Assembly: GCA_964637515.1 (NCBI GenBank)
Contig: CAZWUI010000005.1
Span: 9,416-73,415 of the forward strand
Source: an uncultured Bacteroidaceae bacterium
Lineage (GTDB): Bacteria > Bacillota > Clostridia > Christensenellales > CAG-917
Reading direction: 5' to 3'
Length of the DNA stretch: 64,000 bases
The first letter of the stretch is position 1. Each line of letters starts with the position of its first letter. Under the pieces are notes generated by a model. That model worked only from the letters and a program-made list of their open reading frames with translations, made no database searches and was not told where the DNA came from. Shown in pieces: positions 18,853-30,319 of the stretch. The position numbers and the translations under genes were made by a program.

Positions 18853-19820
18853 TGTCCGACAAGTTTTTGTTTGAAAACGCTCGAATAAAAGCCATGGAGA
18901 GCAAATTGCTGACTTCACAGCATATGCAAAGGCTCGCCGAATGCTCGTCTACGGACGAGGCGTTTAAGGTTATGCTCGAACTCGGTTTCGGACAAGGACA
19001 AACCGTATCGCAAGGTGATTTCGACACTCTCATCGAAAAGGAAGAAGAGAATGCATTATCCTTGCTACGCGCGTTCAACGTGGGCGGTGCTCTCGACGCA
19101 CTCTTGCTCGATGCGGATTTCCACAACGCAAAAGCACTCGTGAAAGCGGAAATCACCGGGGATAAACCCTCCCTCATGCCTGAAGGTTTGACGAGCGTCG
19201 AGAATATCAAATCCGCGATTGACGGGGACTATGACGGAGTGAGCTTGGTTCTTTCCGATGCACTCGCGGATATATCCAAAAAGATAGCGGACGGCGAGAT
19301 AACTTCGCGCTATATTGATATAACCCTTGACAGAGCAACTTTCCGCGAACAACTCGAAAGAGCGAAAAAGGGTGGTAAAAAACTCGTTTCGCACTTCGTT
19401 TTCAAGATTGACGCGGCAAACGTTTCCTCGTTTTATCGCACGGAGAAAATCGGCGCGGACGTTGACTTTTTCAAGGAAAACTTCATAGACGGCGGAAAGA
19501 TTTCACTCGATGTTTTTGAAAGATGTTTCGGCTCAAACGAGGCACTCAAAAACGAACTCAAAAACACCGAATATCACGATTTGTTCGCTCTTCTTGCGGA
19601 CGGCGGAAGTTTGGCGCAGTTTGAGACCGAAGTGGACAACGCCATTCTCGGCGGTTGGAAAAAGGAATTCAACGACCTTGAATCTCCCTCCCCAATCGTG
19701 TATTACTACCTTGCAAAACGCACCGAAATCAAGGTTGCAAAACTCATCGTGGCGGGTATCAAAAACCACGTTAATCCGTCACTTATAAAAGAAAGGACTC
19801 GTGAAATTTATGGAGCGTAA
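18852..19820 (+). CDS. ntpC: V-type ATPase subunit C (d-subunit)
   Basis: 322-aa helical protein. Assigned by operon position, with a 1-nt overlap with the ntpE stop. Confidence 0.8.
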   Translation: MSDKFLFENARIKAMESKLLTSQHMQRLAECSSTDEAFKVMLELGFGQGQTVSQGDFDTLIEKEEENALSLLRAFNVGGALDALLLDADFHNAKALVKAEITGDKPSLMPEGLTSVENIKSAIDGDYDGVSLVLSDALADISKKIADGEITSRYIDITLDRATFREQLERAKKGGKKLVSHFVFKIDAANVSSFYRTEKIGADVDFFKENFIDGGKISLDVFERCFGSNEALKNELKNTEYHDLFALLADGGSLAQFETEVDNAILGGWKKEFNDLESPSPIVYYYLAKRTEIKVAKLIVAGIKNHVNPSLIKERTREIYGA

Positions 19821-20142
19821 CGGTATTGCGGTCGTAGGTGATAAGGATTCCGTCCTTGCATTCAAGGCAATCGGTCTTGACGTTTTTCCCGTTGACGACG
19901 AAAGCGATGCAAGAGAAATCGTCAAGCAGGTCGCAAGAACTTATTCCGTAATCTTCATCACGGATAAAATAGCAATAAGTATTGAAAGTTTGCTCAAACG
20001 GTATAAGTCAAGACCTTATCCCGTCGTCGTCCCCATTCCGTCCGCTGAAGGCAATAGCGGTTTCGGTATGCGTGGTATACAAAGCGACGTGGAAAAGGCT
20101 ATAGGCTCGGATATTTTGTTTGACAACAGAGAGGATAAATAA
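19810..20142 (+). CDS. ntpG: V-type ATPase subunit F (NtpG)
   Basis: About 110 aa, [26 protein letters not shown], typical of subunit F. An alternative GTG start lies at 19801. Confidence 0.85.
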   Translation: MERNGIAVVGDKDSVLAFKAIGLDVFPVDDESDAREIVKQVARTYSVIFITDKIAISIESLLKRYKSRPYPVVVPIPSAEGNSGFGMRGIQSDVEKAIGSDILFDNREDK

Positions 20143-21911
20143 TGGAAACAGGAAGAATCGTTAAGGTTTCCGGACCGTTGATCATCGCAGAAAATATGGC
20201 GGATAGCAAGATGTACGACGTCGTCAGAGTCAGCGACAAGCAACTCATCGGCGAAATCATCGAATTGAGAGGGGATAAAGCCTCAATTCAGGTCTACGAA
20301 GAAACTAGCGGACTCGGTCCCGGTGAAGAGGTCGTATCTACGGGTATGCCCCTGTCCGTCGAACTTGCCCCCGGACTTATCGAGGGTATCTACGACGGCA
20401 TACAAAGACCGCTGAAAAAGCTCTACGAAGTGTCGGGAGACAGAATCGCAAGGGGAGTTTACGTCCCTGCTGTCGACCACGAGAAAAAGTGGGAATTTAC
20501 CCCCGTCGCAAAAGTCGGAGATAGCGTGAGTGCAGGTTGCGTCGTCGGCACGGTGCAGGAAAACGTGCTCGTCCTCCACAAGATTATGATTCCTTACGGC
20601 GTGAAAGGCACCCTGAAAGAGATAAAATCGGGCGCTTTCACTGTGGATGAAACCGTTGCGGTCGTCGAAACGGACAAAGGGGACGTGAACGTTTGCATGT
20701 TGCAACGTTGGCCTGTCCGTAAAGGCAGACCGTACCTTGAAAAACTCTCCCCGAAAACCCCGCTTATCACCGGACAACGCGTCATTGACACTTTGTTCCC
20801 TATCGCTAAAGGCGGTGTGGCGGCAGTCCCCGGACCTTTCGGAAGCGGAAAAACCGTCGTTCAACACCAACTTGCAAAATGGGCGGATGCGGATATTATC
20901 GTATACGTCGGTTGCGGTGAGCGCGGCAACGAAATGACGGACGTTTTGAACGAATTTCCCGAACTCAAAGACCCCCGCAGCGGTGAACCTTTGATGAAAA
21001 GAACGGTGCTTATCGCAAACACGTCGGATATGCCCGTCGCGGCGCGTGAAGCGTCCATTTATACCGGTATCACGATTGCGGAATATTTCCGTGATATGGG
21101 ATACTCTGTCGCAATCATGGCGGACTCAACATCTCGTTGGGCGGAGGCGTTGCGTGAAATGAGCGGTCGTCTTGAAGAAATGCCCGGTGAAGAAGGCTAT
21201 CCCGCATATCTCAGTTCTCGTCTTGCAGAATTTTACGAAAGAGCGGGGCTTGTCAAAGTGCTCGGCGGAAACGGCGAAATCGGCTCGATTACCGCAATAG
21301 GTGCGGTATCGCCTCCGGGCGGAGATTTGAGTGAACCCGTATCTCAAAGCACACTGCGTATCGTCAAAGTGTTCTGGGGGTTGTCCGCATCTCTTGCATA
21401 CAAACGGCATTTCCCTGCGGTAGATTGGCTCACGAGCTACTCTCTCTATGCGGATAAACTCGGCGAATGGTATCAGGATAACGTCGGGGACGAATGGGTG
21501 AGCTTGCGCACGACCGCAATGAGAATATTGCAAGAAGAAGCGTCGCTCAATGAAATCGTGCAACTCGTCGGTATGGACGCACTTTCACCAAAGGATAGGT
21601 TGACTATGGAAACCGCAAAATCTTTGCGTGAAGACTACCTGCACCAAAACGCTTTCCACGAGGTGGACACTTACGCATCCCTTGACAAGCAGTGCAGTAT
21701 GTTGAAACTCATCCTTGAATTTTACCGTCAGGGCAACGACGCTCTCGATAAAAACGTGGATATCGAAGATATTCTCGAACTCAAAATAAAGGACCAAATC
21801 GGCAGAGCGAAGTATATTCCCGAAGATGAAATGGGCAAATTCGACCTGCTCGAACAGGAACTCAAGAAACAAATGCTTGCTCTTTCAGGCGAAGGAGGAA
21901 TCAATGCTTAA
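20142..21911 (+). CDS. ntpA: V-type ATPase catalytic subunit A
   Basis: 589 aa with Walker [10 protein letters not shown] and the non-homologous insert typical of A subunits. [12 protein letters not shown] motif. Confidence 0.95.
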   Translation: METGRIVKVSGPLIIAENMADSKMYDVVRVSDKQLIGEIIELRGDKASIQVYEETSGLGPGEEVVSTGMPLSVELAPGLIEGIYDGIQRPLKKLYEVSGDRIARGVYVPAVDHEKKWEFTPVAKVGDSVSAGCVVGTVQENVLVLHKIMIPYGVKGTLKEIKSGAFTVDETVAVVETDKGDVNVCMLQRWPVRKGRPYLEKLSPKTPLITGQRVIDTLFPIAKGGVAAVPGPFGSGKTVVQHQLAKWADADIIVYVGCGERGNEMTDVLNEFPELKDPRSGEPLMKRTVLIANTSDMPVAAREASIYTGITIAEYFRDMGYSVAIMADSTSRWAEALREMSGRLEEMPGEEGYPAYLSSRLAEFYERAGLVKVLGGNGEIGSITAIGAVSPPGGDLSEPVSQSTLRIVKVFWGLSASLAYKRHFPAVDWLTSYSLYADKLGEWYQDNVGDEWVSLRTTAMRILQEEASLNEIVQLVGMDALSPKDRLTMETAKSLREDYLHQNAFHEVDTYASLDKQCSMLKLILEFYRQGNDALDKNVDIEDILELKIKDQIGRAKYIPEDEMGKFDLLEQELKKQMLALSGEGGINA

Positions 21912-23283
21912 AGAATATAAGACCATAAGAGAAATCGTCGGTCCGCTTATGCTCGTCGAGGGCGTGGACGGCGCAAAATACGACGAACTCGTGGAGATTA
22001 GACAGGAAAACGGGGACGTCAGACGCGGTAAAGTGCTTGAAGTCAATCGCGATAAGGCACTCGTCCAACTCTTTGAACCGTCTCAAGGCTTGAAAATGTC
22101 CACGTCAAAGGCAAGATTTCTTGGCAGAAGTATGGAGCTCGGCGTGTCCGAAGAAATGCTCGGCAGAGTTTTCGACGGTATGGGCAACCCCCGCGACGGC
22201 GGTGCGCCTATCATCCCCGAAATGAAAATGGATATCAACGGGCAACCTATAAACCCGGTCGCACGCGACTATCCCAACGAATTTATTCAGACGGGCGTGA
22301 GTGCGATAGACGGACTCAACACCCTTGTCAGAGGACAAAAACTCCCCGTATTCTCTATGTCGGGTTTGCCGCACGCTGAACTTGCGGCACAAATCGCACG
22401 TCAAGCAAAAGTGCTTGGCTCGGATAGCAAATTCGCAGTCGTTTTTGCGGCAGTCGGCATAACCTTTGAAGAGGCGGACTTCTTCATCTCAGACTTCAGA
22501 AAAACGGGCGCAATCGAAAGAGCGGTCGTCTTTGTCAATCTCGCAAACGACCCCGCAATCGAACGTATCGCAACTCCGCGTATGGCTCTCACGGCGGCGG
22601 AATACCTCGCATATGAAAAGGATATGCACGTCCTTGTCATCACCACCGATATAACCAACTATGCAGAGGCTCTCCGTGAAGTTTCCGCTGCAAGAAAAGA
22701 AGTCCCCGGTCGTCGCGGTTACCCCGGTTATCTCTACACCAACCTTGCGACTATGTACGAGCGCGCGGGCAGAATAGTGGGGAAGAAGGGCTCTATCACC
22801 CAAATTCCTATCCTGACCATGCCCGAAGACGACAAAACACACCCCATTCCCGACCTTACCGGCTACATCACCGAAGGGCAAATCATCTTGTCGAGAGAAC
22901 TCTACAAGAAAGGGCTCAATCCCCCTATCGACGTGTTGCCGTCCCTGTCCCGTTTGAAAGATAAGGGCATAGGCGCGGGCAAGACGAGAGAAGACCACGC
23001 AGATACGATGAATCAACTGTTCAGTGCGTATGCGCAGGGTAAAGAAGCAAAAGAATTGAGCTCCATTCTCGGCGAAGCGGCACTCACCGAAGTGGATAAA
23101 AAGTTTGCAAGGTTTGCAGAAGAGTTCGAAAAACGCTACGTATCTCAAGGCTTTTCCACAAACCGTACTATTGAAGAAACTCTCAATATCGGTTGGGAAC
23201 TCCTCGGTATGCTCCCTCGCGGTGAGTTGAAACGTATCCGCGATGCCTACCTTGACAAGTATCTCCCCGAAAATAAGGACTAA
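21904..23283 (+). CDS. ntpB: V-type ATPase subunit B
   Basis: Starts [20 protein letters not shown] at ATG 21904 (the listed ORF starts 78 nt earlier inside ntpA). 459 aa with the [12 protein letters not shown] motif. Confidence 0.95.
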   Translation: MLKEYKTIREIVGPLMLVEGVDGAKYDELVEIRQENGDVRRGKVLEVNRDKALVQLFEPSQGLKMSTSKARFLGRSMELGVSEEMLGRVFDGMGNPRDGGAPIIPEMKMDINGQPINPVARDYPNEFIQTGVSAIDGLNTLVRGQKLPVFSMSGLPHAELAAQIARQAKVLGSDSKFAVVFAAVGITFEEADFFISDFRKTGAIERAVVFVNLANDPAIERIATPRMALTAAEYLAYEKDMHVLVITTDITNYAEALREVSAARKEVPGRRGYPGYLYTNLATMYERAGRIVGKKGSITQIPILTMPEDDKTHPIPDLTGYITEGQIILSRELYKKGLNPPIDVLPSLSRLKDKGIGAGKTREDHADTMNQLFSAYAQGKEAKELSSILGEAALTEVDKKFARFAEEFEKRYVSQGFSTNRTIEETLNIGWELLGMLPRGELKRIRDAYLDKYLPENKD

Positions 23284-23289
23284 TCAGTT

Positions 23290-23925
23290 ATGGCAAGATT
23301 GAACGTAAATCCGACGAGAATGGAGTTGAGACGGCTTAAAAACCGTCTGAAAACCGCTGCGCGCGGACATAAACTCCTGAAAGATAAATCGGATGAAATG
23401 ATACGTCAATTTATGATGCTCGTCAGAGAAAACAAGCGCCTACGCGAAGAAGTGGAAGGCAAACTTTCGGATGCGCTCAAAAACTTCATGCTCGCTCGCG
23501 CGGTTTCAAGCGATGCGACCATCGAAGAAGCTATAGCCATGCCGTCCGCATCCGTAAATCTCGTATTGTCTGAAAAAAACCTTATGGGAGTTGACGTCCC
23601 TGCGTTTGAAATCGAAGAAGGGGAGAGCAAGGAACTTTATCCCTATTCCTTTGCGGGAGTTACTGCAGAGTTGGACGACTCGATAGCGACTCTTTCGGGG
23701 CTTCTCGGCGACCTTTTGAAACTTGCCGAAGTGGAAAAGTCGTGCAATATGCTTGCCGACGAAATCGAGAAAAACCGCAGAAGAGTCAACGCTCTCGAAT
23801 ACGTGATGATACCGCAACTCGAAGAAACGATAAAATATATCACGATGAAACTTGACGAAAACGAACGCAGTTCGACAATTCGAATCATGAAAGTCAAGTC
23901 GATGATTGAAAACAAACAAGAGTGA
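23290..23925 (+). CDS. ntpD: V-type ATPase central-stalk subunit D
   Basis: 211 aa, MARLNVNPTRMELRRLKNRLKTAARGHKLLKDK, a typical subunit D N-terminus. Confidence 0.9.
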   Translation: MARLNVNPTRMELRRLKNRLKTAARGHKLLKDKSDEMIRQFMMLVRENKRLREEVEGKLSDALKNFMLARAVSSDATIEEAIAMPSASVNLVLSEKNLMGVDVPAFEIEEGESKELYPYSFAGVTAELDDSIATLSGLLGDLLKLAEVEKSCNMLADEIEKNRRRVNALEYVMIPQLEETIKYITMKLDENERSSTIRIMKVKSMIENKQE

Positions 23926-23950
23926 AAAATCCGCTATAAGCGGATTTTTT
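23926..23950. terminator. Bidirectional intrinsic terminator between the ntp operon (+) and queH (-)
   Basis: AAAATCCGCT-ATA-AGCGGATTTT hairpin with flanking A and T runs. Starts 1 nt after the ntpD stop. Confidence 0.85.
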
Positions 23951-23990
23951 AATGCTAGTTCCTTGCGGAAGTAATAATACACAATGTTGT

Positions 23991-24563
23991 TCAAACTCTT
24001 GAAAAAGTGCAGCCGCAGAAGTTTTGGCGGTAGATTTCGAGTTCTTTTGCAAGGGTGACGGAGCGGAGAAAACCGTTTTGTTTTTTGAAGTCGGAGTCGA
24101 GATATTCGACTGAAAATTCCTTTGCGGCGGCACGACCTATCTCGTTGATAAGGGGTGCGTTTTTGTGCGGACTGACGGTCAGAGTGGTTGCGAAATAGTC
24201 GTATTCGTCTTTGTGTTCCGCCAAAAATTCCGCCGTTTTGTATAGGCGCAATTTGAAACATTCGGGGCATCTCAAACCACCTTCACGCTCTTTCTCAAGC
24301 CCTTTGCTTGCCGTCAAGAATTCACTTTCGTCTTGTTCGGGGACAATCAATTTAACGGACGGAAAATGCTCAATCAATGTTTTAAGTGTATTTTCACGCT
24401 TTATAAACTCTTCTTTCGGTTGAATGTTCGGATTGTAGAAAAAAGCCGTGACGTCGAAATGTTCGGTCAGTTTTTCGATCGAACCGCAAAAACACGGCGC
24501 GCAACATACGTGCAGAAGTAGGCGAGGTTTTTCGTTTGTGTTGAGAAAATCGTTTATCGTCAT
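23991..24563 (-). CDS. queH: Epoxyqueuosine reductase QueH (DUF208)
   Basis: 190 aa from ATG 24561-24563. LLHVCCAPC motif, C-terminal NFCGCTFS, FYNPNIQP. The listed 377-aa ORF extends spuriously upstream. Confidence 0.85.
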   Translation of the reverse strand: MTINDFLNTNEKPRLLLHVCCAPCFCGSIEKLTEHFDVTAFFYNPNIQPKEEFIKRENTLKTLIEHFPSVKLIVPEQDESEFLTASKGLEKEREGGLRCPECFKLRLYKTAEFLAEHKDEYDYFATTLTVSPHKNAPLINEIGRAAAKEFSVEYLDSDFKKQNGFLRSVTLAKELEIYRQNFCGCTFSRV

Positions 24564-25243
24564 ATCATCATCGAGAGTGCAATAAGGTTTTGTCCTACGT
24601 AGTAGAATACAAGCACGAAGGGGAATACCGCTTTGCGATTGACGGTCTTGTTGTAGTTGAGAAACGCAAGTATTAAATCGCTTGCCGCAAACAGCACCGT
24701 TCCCGCCAGTATCATTTTGGTGACGGCGGTCGCTCCGCTCATATATAGGTTGCACGCACTTGCAAGGAAGGTGCCCGCAACTGCGGAATAGAGAAGTGCG
24801 CCTATCGCCATAATAGGTTTGTCTGCGGTGAGAAGTTTTGCGATGAACAAAATCACGACCACGACCGGAAGCCCGAAGACGAGAACAAGAAGTGCGTAGT
24901 TGAAAGTCGTCGTGCGCAAAATGAATGCCGTGATGAAAAGCACGTGTCCTGCGATAAACGCAAGCATACCGCCCGCATCCAGTGCCATTTGGATTTTTGC
25001 GTTTTTGGAGCGATAGCTGAGAAGTACGTCCCCGATAAGCCCCGCGATGAGTGCGCAGAAAATCAGCGTGGACGTGTCCGTCGGATTGGTGGAGTACGCA
25101 ATTGCTCCGCTCACGACAAAACATAAACTTGCTATGCTTTTGAAGACGGTCTTTTTGTTGACGTCGCCTTTGTTGTCGTAGACGAGAGTCAAAACGACGA
25201 ATATTGCGGTTATTGCCGAAATCGTAATTGCTGCAGTTTTCAT
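24560..25243 (-). CDS. YhhN-family (lysoplasmalogenase-like) polytopic membrane protein
   Basis: About 227 aa from ATG 25241-25243, fully hydrophobic with multiple TM helices. Two family-like motifs, LIGDVLLS and LFAASDLILAF. ATGA overlap with queH. Confidence 0.6.
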   Translation of the reverse strand: MKTAAITISAITAIFVVLTLVYDNKGDVNKKTVFKSIASLCFVVSGAIAYSTNPTDTSTLIFCALIAGLIGDVLLSYRSKNAKIQMALDAGGMLAFIAGHVLFITAFILRTTTFNYALLVLVFGLPVVVVILFIAKLLTADKPIMAIGALLYSAVAGTFLASACNLYMSGATAVTKMILAGTVLFAASDLILAFLNYNKTVNRKAVFPFVLVFYYVGQNLIALSMMI

Positions 25244-25318
25244 ATTATCACCCGCAAACATTATACCATCACGTACGCGTGCGGGCAATATTATTTTTTA
25301 ATATAAATAAATTAGTTC

Positions 25319-25347
25319 TTGAGAGTGGCGGATATGTATGATATAAT
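25319..25347 (+). promoter_or_regulatory. Promoter upstream of the MacB-type ABC operon
   Basis: TTGAGA (25319-25324), a 17-nt spacer, then TATAAT (25342-25347). An 80-nt leader follows, containing a CGTGCG-N7-CGCACG hairpin before RBS GAGGT. Confidence 0.5.
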
Positions 25348-25432
25348 ACAGGGGAGAAAACTCGTTTGTGCGGCGGTTTTTTTGTCGTCGTGCAGGCGCG
25401 CGTGCGTCTCGTCCGCACGATTTGAGGTAACA

Positions 25433-26134
25433 ATGGATATTTTGAGCGAAACCAACTCCACAGGTCGCATAGTCGTAAAAGGTGACGGTATCAAGAAAAA
25501 ATTCGTCAACGACGGCGTTGAAACCGACGTGCTGAAAGGCATAGATATCGAAGTCGCGGAAGGTGAATTTCTTGCGATAGTCGGTGAGTCGGGAAGTGGC
25601 AAATCCACTCTCCTTTACCTGCTCGCAGGGATAGACAAACCCACTGACGGCACCGTCGAAATCGACGGCGTAAATCTTGCAAACGTATCCGACGACGTGC
25701 TTGCCGGCATGCGCAGGAGAAAGATTTCATTTGTTTATCAATACGATAATCTCGTGCCCAATTTGACGGCGTACGAGAATATTGTCCTTCCCCTTATGCT
25801 CGACAAACAAAAAGAAAGCGAATACTCGGGCAGAGTGAAAGACCTTGCGGAATATCTCGGCATAACTTCAAGGCTCGGAAACTATCCCTCTCAACTCTCG
25901 GGCGGTGAGCAACAACGAGTTGCGATTGCAAGAGCCCTTGCGACAAACCCCGAAGTGATTTTCCTTGACGAGCCTACGGGTAGCCTTGACCGTGAGCGCG
26001 GCACCGGGGTTATGGAGCTTTTGAAAGACATCAATGCAACCAGAAAAGTTGCTCTTGTTATGGTCACTCACTCCGAATCTCACTCCAAATATGCGACAAG
26101 AATAGTCAGAATAGAAGACGGACTCATCAAATAG
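25433..26134 (+). CDS. ABC transporter ATP-binding protein (FtsE/LolD/MacB-type)
   Basis: Start MDILSE with RBS GAGGT. Walker [12 protein letters not shown], signature [15 protein letters not shown], Walker [13 protein letters not shown]. Confidence 0.9.
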   Translation: MDILSETNSTGRIVVKGDGIKKKFVNDGVETDVLKGIDIEVAEGEFLAIVGESGSGKSTLLYLLAGIDKPTDGTVEIDGVNLANVSDDVLAGMRRRKISFVYQYDNLVPNLTAYENIVLPLMLDKQKESEYSGRVKDLAEYLGITSRLGNYPSQLSGGEQQRVAIARALATNPEVIFLDEPTGSLDRERGTGVMELLKDINATRKVALVMVTHSESHSKYATRIVRIEDGLIK

Positions 26135-26135
26135 T

Positions 26136-28550
26136 ATGGCAATCAAATTAGCGTTACGAAATATAAAGACAAGACCTTTGCGCACCACTGCTACGATACT
26201 CGTCGTTGCGATAGCGGTTGCGCTTTTGTTCTGTATGTTCTCGTTCAAATCGCTGGTTTATGAATACATTTTCGCAATAAAAACTGCCGATATGGGCGAA
26301 AGCACCGTGATTATCAACACGAGTTCGTCGGGCGGTAGAATTATGAATGCGGGCGGAATCGAAGACGTACAGGGTGTTGACGAAGTCGTTCCGACCTTGT
26401 CGCTATATAGCCTTTATAACGGTGAGTACGTGCGCTTGCGCGGGTTTGATAAGGGGTGCGCGGAAACACTTCAAAAAATCAACGTTATCGACGGCGATAT
26501 AACCCTTCTTGAAAACAACGTAGACAACGTAGTCGTGTCTCGTACCTTTGCGGACGAGAACAGTTTGAAAGTCGGTCAGGCGGTGGAGTTTGAAAACGGC
26601 AATCGCAAAATGACTTTCTACGTTTCCGCTATCGCTGAAAACGACGGATATTTTTTGAATTCCGATCCGCAAATTATTCTTTGTAGAGCAGAGGGCGTCG
26701 CTCGTCTTCTCGGCGGTGAATTCGTCGTCTACAACGAAGTCTATATCAAAACCGCAACTCCGGATGAGGTCATCGCTACCTTGAAGGGTATGAACGAATA
26801 TAAGGACTTCATCGTTGACTACGCAAAAGATATGCAATATATCGAAACACAGGCAAGTTCGCTTGCCGCACCCGTCGTGGTGGCGGGGCTCGGAGTCGTG
26901 CTCCTTGCCGTTGCGTGCATAGCGTTCATCTCTCTCACGACCGTGGCGGACAGACGTAAGTATATTGCAAAACTCGCCGTCGTCGGCGCAACCAAACGTC
27001 AAATCTTTGCCGTGTTCTTTGCGGAAGTTTTGTTCGTTGCGTTTATCGGTGCGGTGGTCGGCTCGTTGTTCGCGGGCGGACTTTTTACACTCCTTGCAAA
27101 ACTCATTCTCTCGTCGCTTGTGTCATTCAGCGTATCTCCGCTCAACTTGTTCGGCTCGGCGGCGATTGGATTCGTGCTTGCGGTGCTCGGCGTTATGCTC
27201 CCTGTGTCCTTTGCATTCCGCTCGTCCGTCAGAGAAAACGAATTTGCGGTCGGCAAGAGCGGACTTGCAAAAATCATATTCCCCATCGTTTTGACTCTCA
27301 TCACCGCTATTGCAGTGATAGTCGAGCATACCGTACCTGCGGCGAAAGGGGTGTTGTCTATCGTCAACGTACCCTTGCTTCTCATCGCGCTCGTCATCGA
27401 TATTCCTTTCATCTATCGCGGAATTGCGAAACTTATATCCCGCGCGAAAACCGCAAAAGTGTCCTTGCTCGGTAAATTCGAGAATAGAAGTCATCGCCAT
27501 TTTGGCTTGCAGATTTTGACGGCGGGTATGGCGGTCGTTACCTTAATGTTTATGGCGTGGTCTTTGACGACGGAGATTTTCACCGGGTATCTTTCGGAAT
27601 TTGAAAACAAAATCTTCGTCACAAACGTGCCTGCCGATATTGCGAATAGCGAAGGTGCGGACGGTATCGCAAACGTAGACGGCGTGAATAAGGTCGTTCC
27701 TATGGTTTGGAAACAAATCAACGTAAACGTGGCGCAGGATAAAGTCAGACAAGTCAATCTTCTCGGCTCGTCCGAAACGCTCGACATCGTCGATTTTGAA
27801 TATATCACCGACGAGGCGACCGTCAGAAGAGTCGTGAACGAGGACGGCTACGTCGTCATCGACAAGGCGTATTCCGAACTTTACGGCTACAAGGTCGGGG
27901 ACGTCATATCCTTCGACGTGGACGGGAAAAAAGCGAATCTCGTCGTGGGCGGTATCGTGCATCACGTGCTTTTCAGCGGTAACTACGTCGTCATCTCCCT
28001 CGACAATCTCAAAACCTATTTTGATACGGATGCGGATACGGTCATCGCAATTTCCGACGACACCGCAAAAACTGCGACCGAAATCAGAAAGGTATATTCG
28101 CAAAAGAATTACTACGTCGTCGAAGCACTCGTCATGTATCAATGGGATGCGGAGTCTATGGCGGCGGTGTTCGACTTGGTGGGGGTGCTTGCGGTCATAC
28201 TCATGATTCTCACCTATCTCGTGTTGATTGCATCTGCGGTCGTGTCCTTCCCGAACGACGAAAAAACTCGCTCGTCAATGCTCTCCGCCGGTATGTCCAA
28301 AAACGGATTGCTCGGTCTTGAAGTGGGCAAGAGTGCTTTCACTGCGATCACGTCCTATATGTTGACCTTCGCGATGAGTCTTGCGATAACAGTATCTCTC
28401 ATCAACGCACTCCGACTCTTCGACTTGTACTTTGAATTTATGTACGATGCGGGCATGGTCGCCCTGACGGGTGGTGTGCTTGCCGTAGCCTACGTCTTGC
28501 TCCCCGTGATGCTCGGATATAAGCGAAAATATAATATGTTGAGAAAGTAA
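26136..28550 (+). CDS. ABC transporter permease with two FtsX modules (MacB-type)
   Basis: 804 aa. The pattern of one TM helix, a large extracytoplasmic domain and three TM helices occurs twice. Lies 1 nt after the ATPase gene. Confidence 0.85.
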   Translation: MAIKLALRNIKTRPLRTTATILVVAIAVALLFCMFSFKSLVYEYIFAIKTADMGESTVIINTSSSGGRIMNAGGIEDVQGVDEVVPTLSLYSLYNGEYVRLRGFDKGCAETLQKINVIDGDITLLENNVDNVVVSRTFADENSLKVGQAVEFENGNRKMTFYVSAIAENDGYFLNSDPQIILCRAEGVARLLGGEFVVYNEVYIKTATPDEVIATLKGMNEYKDFIVDYAKDMQYIETQASSLAAPVVVAGLGVVLLAVACIAFISLTTVADRRKYIAKLAVVGATKRQIFAVFFAEVLFVAFIGAVVGSLFAGGLFTLLAKLILSSLVSFSVSPLNLFGSAAIGFVLAVLGVMLPVSFAFRSSVRENEFAVGKSGLAKIIFPIVLTLITAIAVIVEHTVPAAKGVLSIVNVPLLLIALVIDIPFIYRGIAKLISRAKTAKVSLLGKFENRSHRHFGLQILTAGMAVVTLMFMAWSLTTEIFTGYLSEFENKIFVTNVPADIANSEGADGIANVDGVNKVVPMVWKQINVNVAQDKVRQVNLLGSSETLDIVDFEYITDEATVRRVVNEDGYVVIDKAYSELYGYKVGDVISFDVDGKKANLVVGGIVHHVLFSGNYVVISLDNLKTYFDTDADTVIAISDDTAKTATEIRKVYSQKNYYVVEALVMYQWDAESMAAVFDLVGVLAVILMILTYLVLIASAVVSFPNDEKTRSSMLSAGMSKNGLLGLEVGKSAFTAITSYMLTFAMSLAITVSLINALRLFDLYFEFMYDAGMVALTGGVLAVAYVLLPVMLGYKRKYNMLRK

Positions 28551-28551
28551 T

Positions 28552-30309
28552 ATGAAAACAAAAAAACTGCTTATCATTTTCCTATGCGCCCTTTTGATAG
28601 CCACTTTTGCGGTGGGATTTTCCGCTTGCAACAAGGATAAAAAAGAGGAGGGACCCTCCGAGCAGGAGTTGAGAAATTCCGCTTGCATCGACCTGACCGT
28701 CGCTATTCTGGGCAGACTGGATTCAAACTGGGGCGGACTTCTTAACGACGAGCAGATACACGCACTCAAAAACGGCGGGGATTATATTTTGTCTTACGAA
28801 TGGACGAATTTCTTCGTGGGTGCGGTGAAGTCAAGCGGAGTGCAGACTGCAAAAATCACGAAAGCAACCGACTTCATTAAATCCGATGACGGTGCGAAAA
28901 TCTTTGCGGACGAACTTGACGTGAATGCCATTGCAAAACTCATGCGCGAAATCGGCGTGACTTCGGACGACGCGAAGAATATCGCATTCGACCTGTCCCG
29001 CTCTCTCGTCACCGACTCGGACGGAGTTTTCGCGAGAACGATTGAGAGAATAGATACAATTCCGGTCAGTGCGACCGCACGTGCAAACGCTGTCGAAGTC
29101 AAAGAAGAATGCAACAATAGTCTTTCGTCTTTGTCGTCTGTGACCTCGAAAAAGAATGAAATTGCGACTTCTCTTGACAATGCGTCGAACGGACTCAAAG
29201 CGTTGTTCGCATTTGCCTACAAGGCGGCGGATTTGCTCGCAGGGGACGAAAATTTCGTGAACAAAATCTCTTCAGGCACTTTGAGCGGTGTGTCTATGGA
29301 CGAAATCGTGACATATCTCAACGGTGTAAATTCGTCCGTGCAAGAACTCGAAAGCGTTTTGACCGACTCGGAAGTCGGCAAAATCAATTCCGCTCTCAAA
29401 CTCGTCAACGACAATTTGAGCGTTGCAATTTTCGCAAACGATACCGTTAATTCTTTCGTTGGCGGCTTGAATACCGCTTATATGGCGGCAGGCTATTTGC
29501 CTACGATTTGCGACTTGTTCGACGTGGTGTCAGAAACCGTCCTGACCAAAAATCTCGAAGGTACGACAAAAGAATATCAGACAATCGCGGACTTCATCAC
29601 CGTCAATTCCGGGGAAGAGTATGCGGTAAAAGATAACGAGGCAAACAACAACGTGCTTGCAATCCGTGCGATGCTTTTCGCACTCGGCGTGAACCCCTAT
29701 CTTAAAGATAGCAATCCGACGAAATATAGCGAGCAAGTCGTGGCGGCAAAGAATAAAGCAAAAGAACTTTTTGATGAGTTTGCAAGCAAGAGTGACGGCG
29801 CATACGAGAAAGAAATCATCTTCATCTATTTGAGCGGTGCGGTCAATCAAAAAGACTTAGAAAAAGTGCTTGGTGACGGCGTAACCGTCAAAAAAGTTGG
29901 GGAGTTGCTCCAAAAAGACTTGGCACTCACCATATTCAAAAACGCTTATAAAAAGTATTCTGCGGGGGATAAAACTGCATACAACACCGTCCGCGACTCC
30001 GCAAGAACTCTCGTAAAATATTATACGGGGGATGAAAACGCAATTTTGCCCGATACGCTCACTTCTGCTTGGTATGGTGAAGTCGTGAAAGGCACCAAAG
30101 AAAAGATGCAAGAAGAATTTGCGCTCGTGTTGCCCGCAGTGAAAGCGGATCTCAAAAATTGGTATATCGACTTCTTGTTTGAAAACGCATTCGATGCACT
30201 CGTGGACGTGGCCGTCGAAAGCCCTGTCAAACTTGCAGACGAGAATTATAATGCACTCGTTGAGAAAATCGAAAACGCCGCAAGTCTTATGACTCCGCAG
30301 GCGGAATAG
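28552..30309 (+). CDS. 585-aa lipoprotein of unknown function
   Basis: Signal peptide with lipobox, MKTKKLLIIFLCALLIATFAVGFSAC. The rest is helical with no motif I recognise. Lies 1 nt after the permease stop. Confidence 0.7.
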   Translation: MKTKKLLIIFLCALLIATFAVGFSACNKDKKEEGPSEQELRNSACIDLTVAILGRLDSNWGGLLNDEQIHALKNGGDYILSYEWTNFFVGAVKSSGVQTAKITKATDFIKSDDGAKIFADELDVNAIAKLMREIGVTSDDAKNIAFDLSRSLVTDSDGVFARTIERIDTIPVSATARANAVEVKEECNNSLSSLSSVTSKKNEIATSLDNASNGLKALFAFAYKAADLLAGDENFVNKISSGTLSGVSMDEIVTYLNGVNSSVQELESVLTDSEVGKINSALKLVNDNLSVAIFANDTVNSFVGGLNTAYMAAGYLPTICDLFDVVSETVLTKNLEGTTKEYQTIADFITVNSGEEYAVKDNEANNNVLAIRAMLFALGVNPYLKDSNPTKYSEQVVAAKNKAKELFDEFASKSDGAYEKEIIFIYLSGAVNQKDLEKVLGDGVTVKKVGELLQKDLALTIFKNAYKKYSAGDKTAYNTVRDSARTLVKYYTGDENAILPDTLTSAWYGEVVKGTKEKMQEEFALVLPAVKADLKNWYIDFLFENAFDALVDVAVESPVKLADENYNALVEKIENAASLMTPQAE

Positions 30310-30319
30310 GAGATAAATT

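Noticed and set aside
23991-25124. 377-aa minus-strand ORF suggesting a much longer QueH.
   Set aside because: Only the last 190 codons match QueH. The upstream part overlaps the YhhN-like membrane gene in another frame and is Arg/Cys/His-rich noise.
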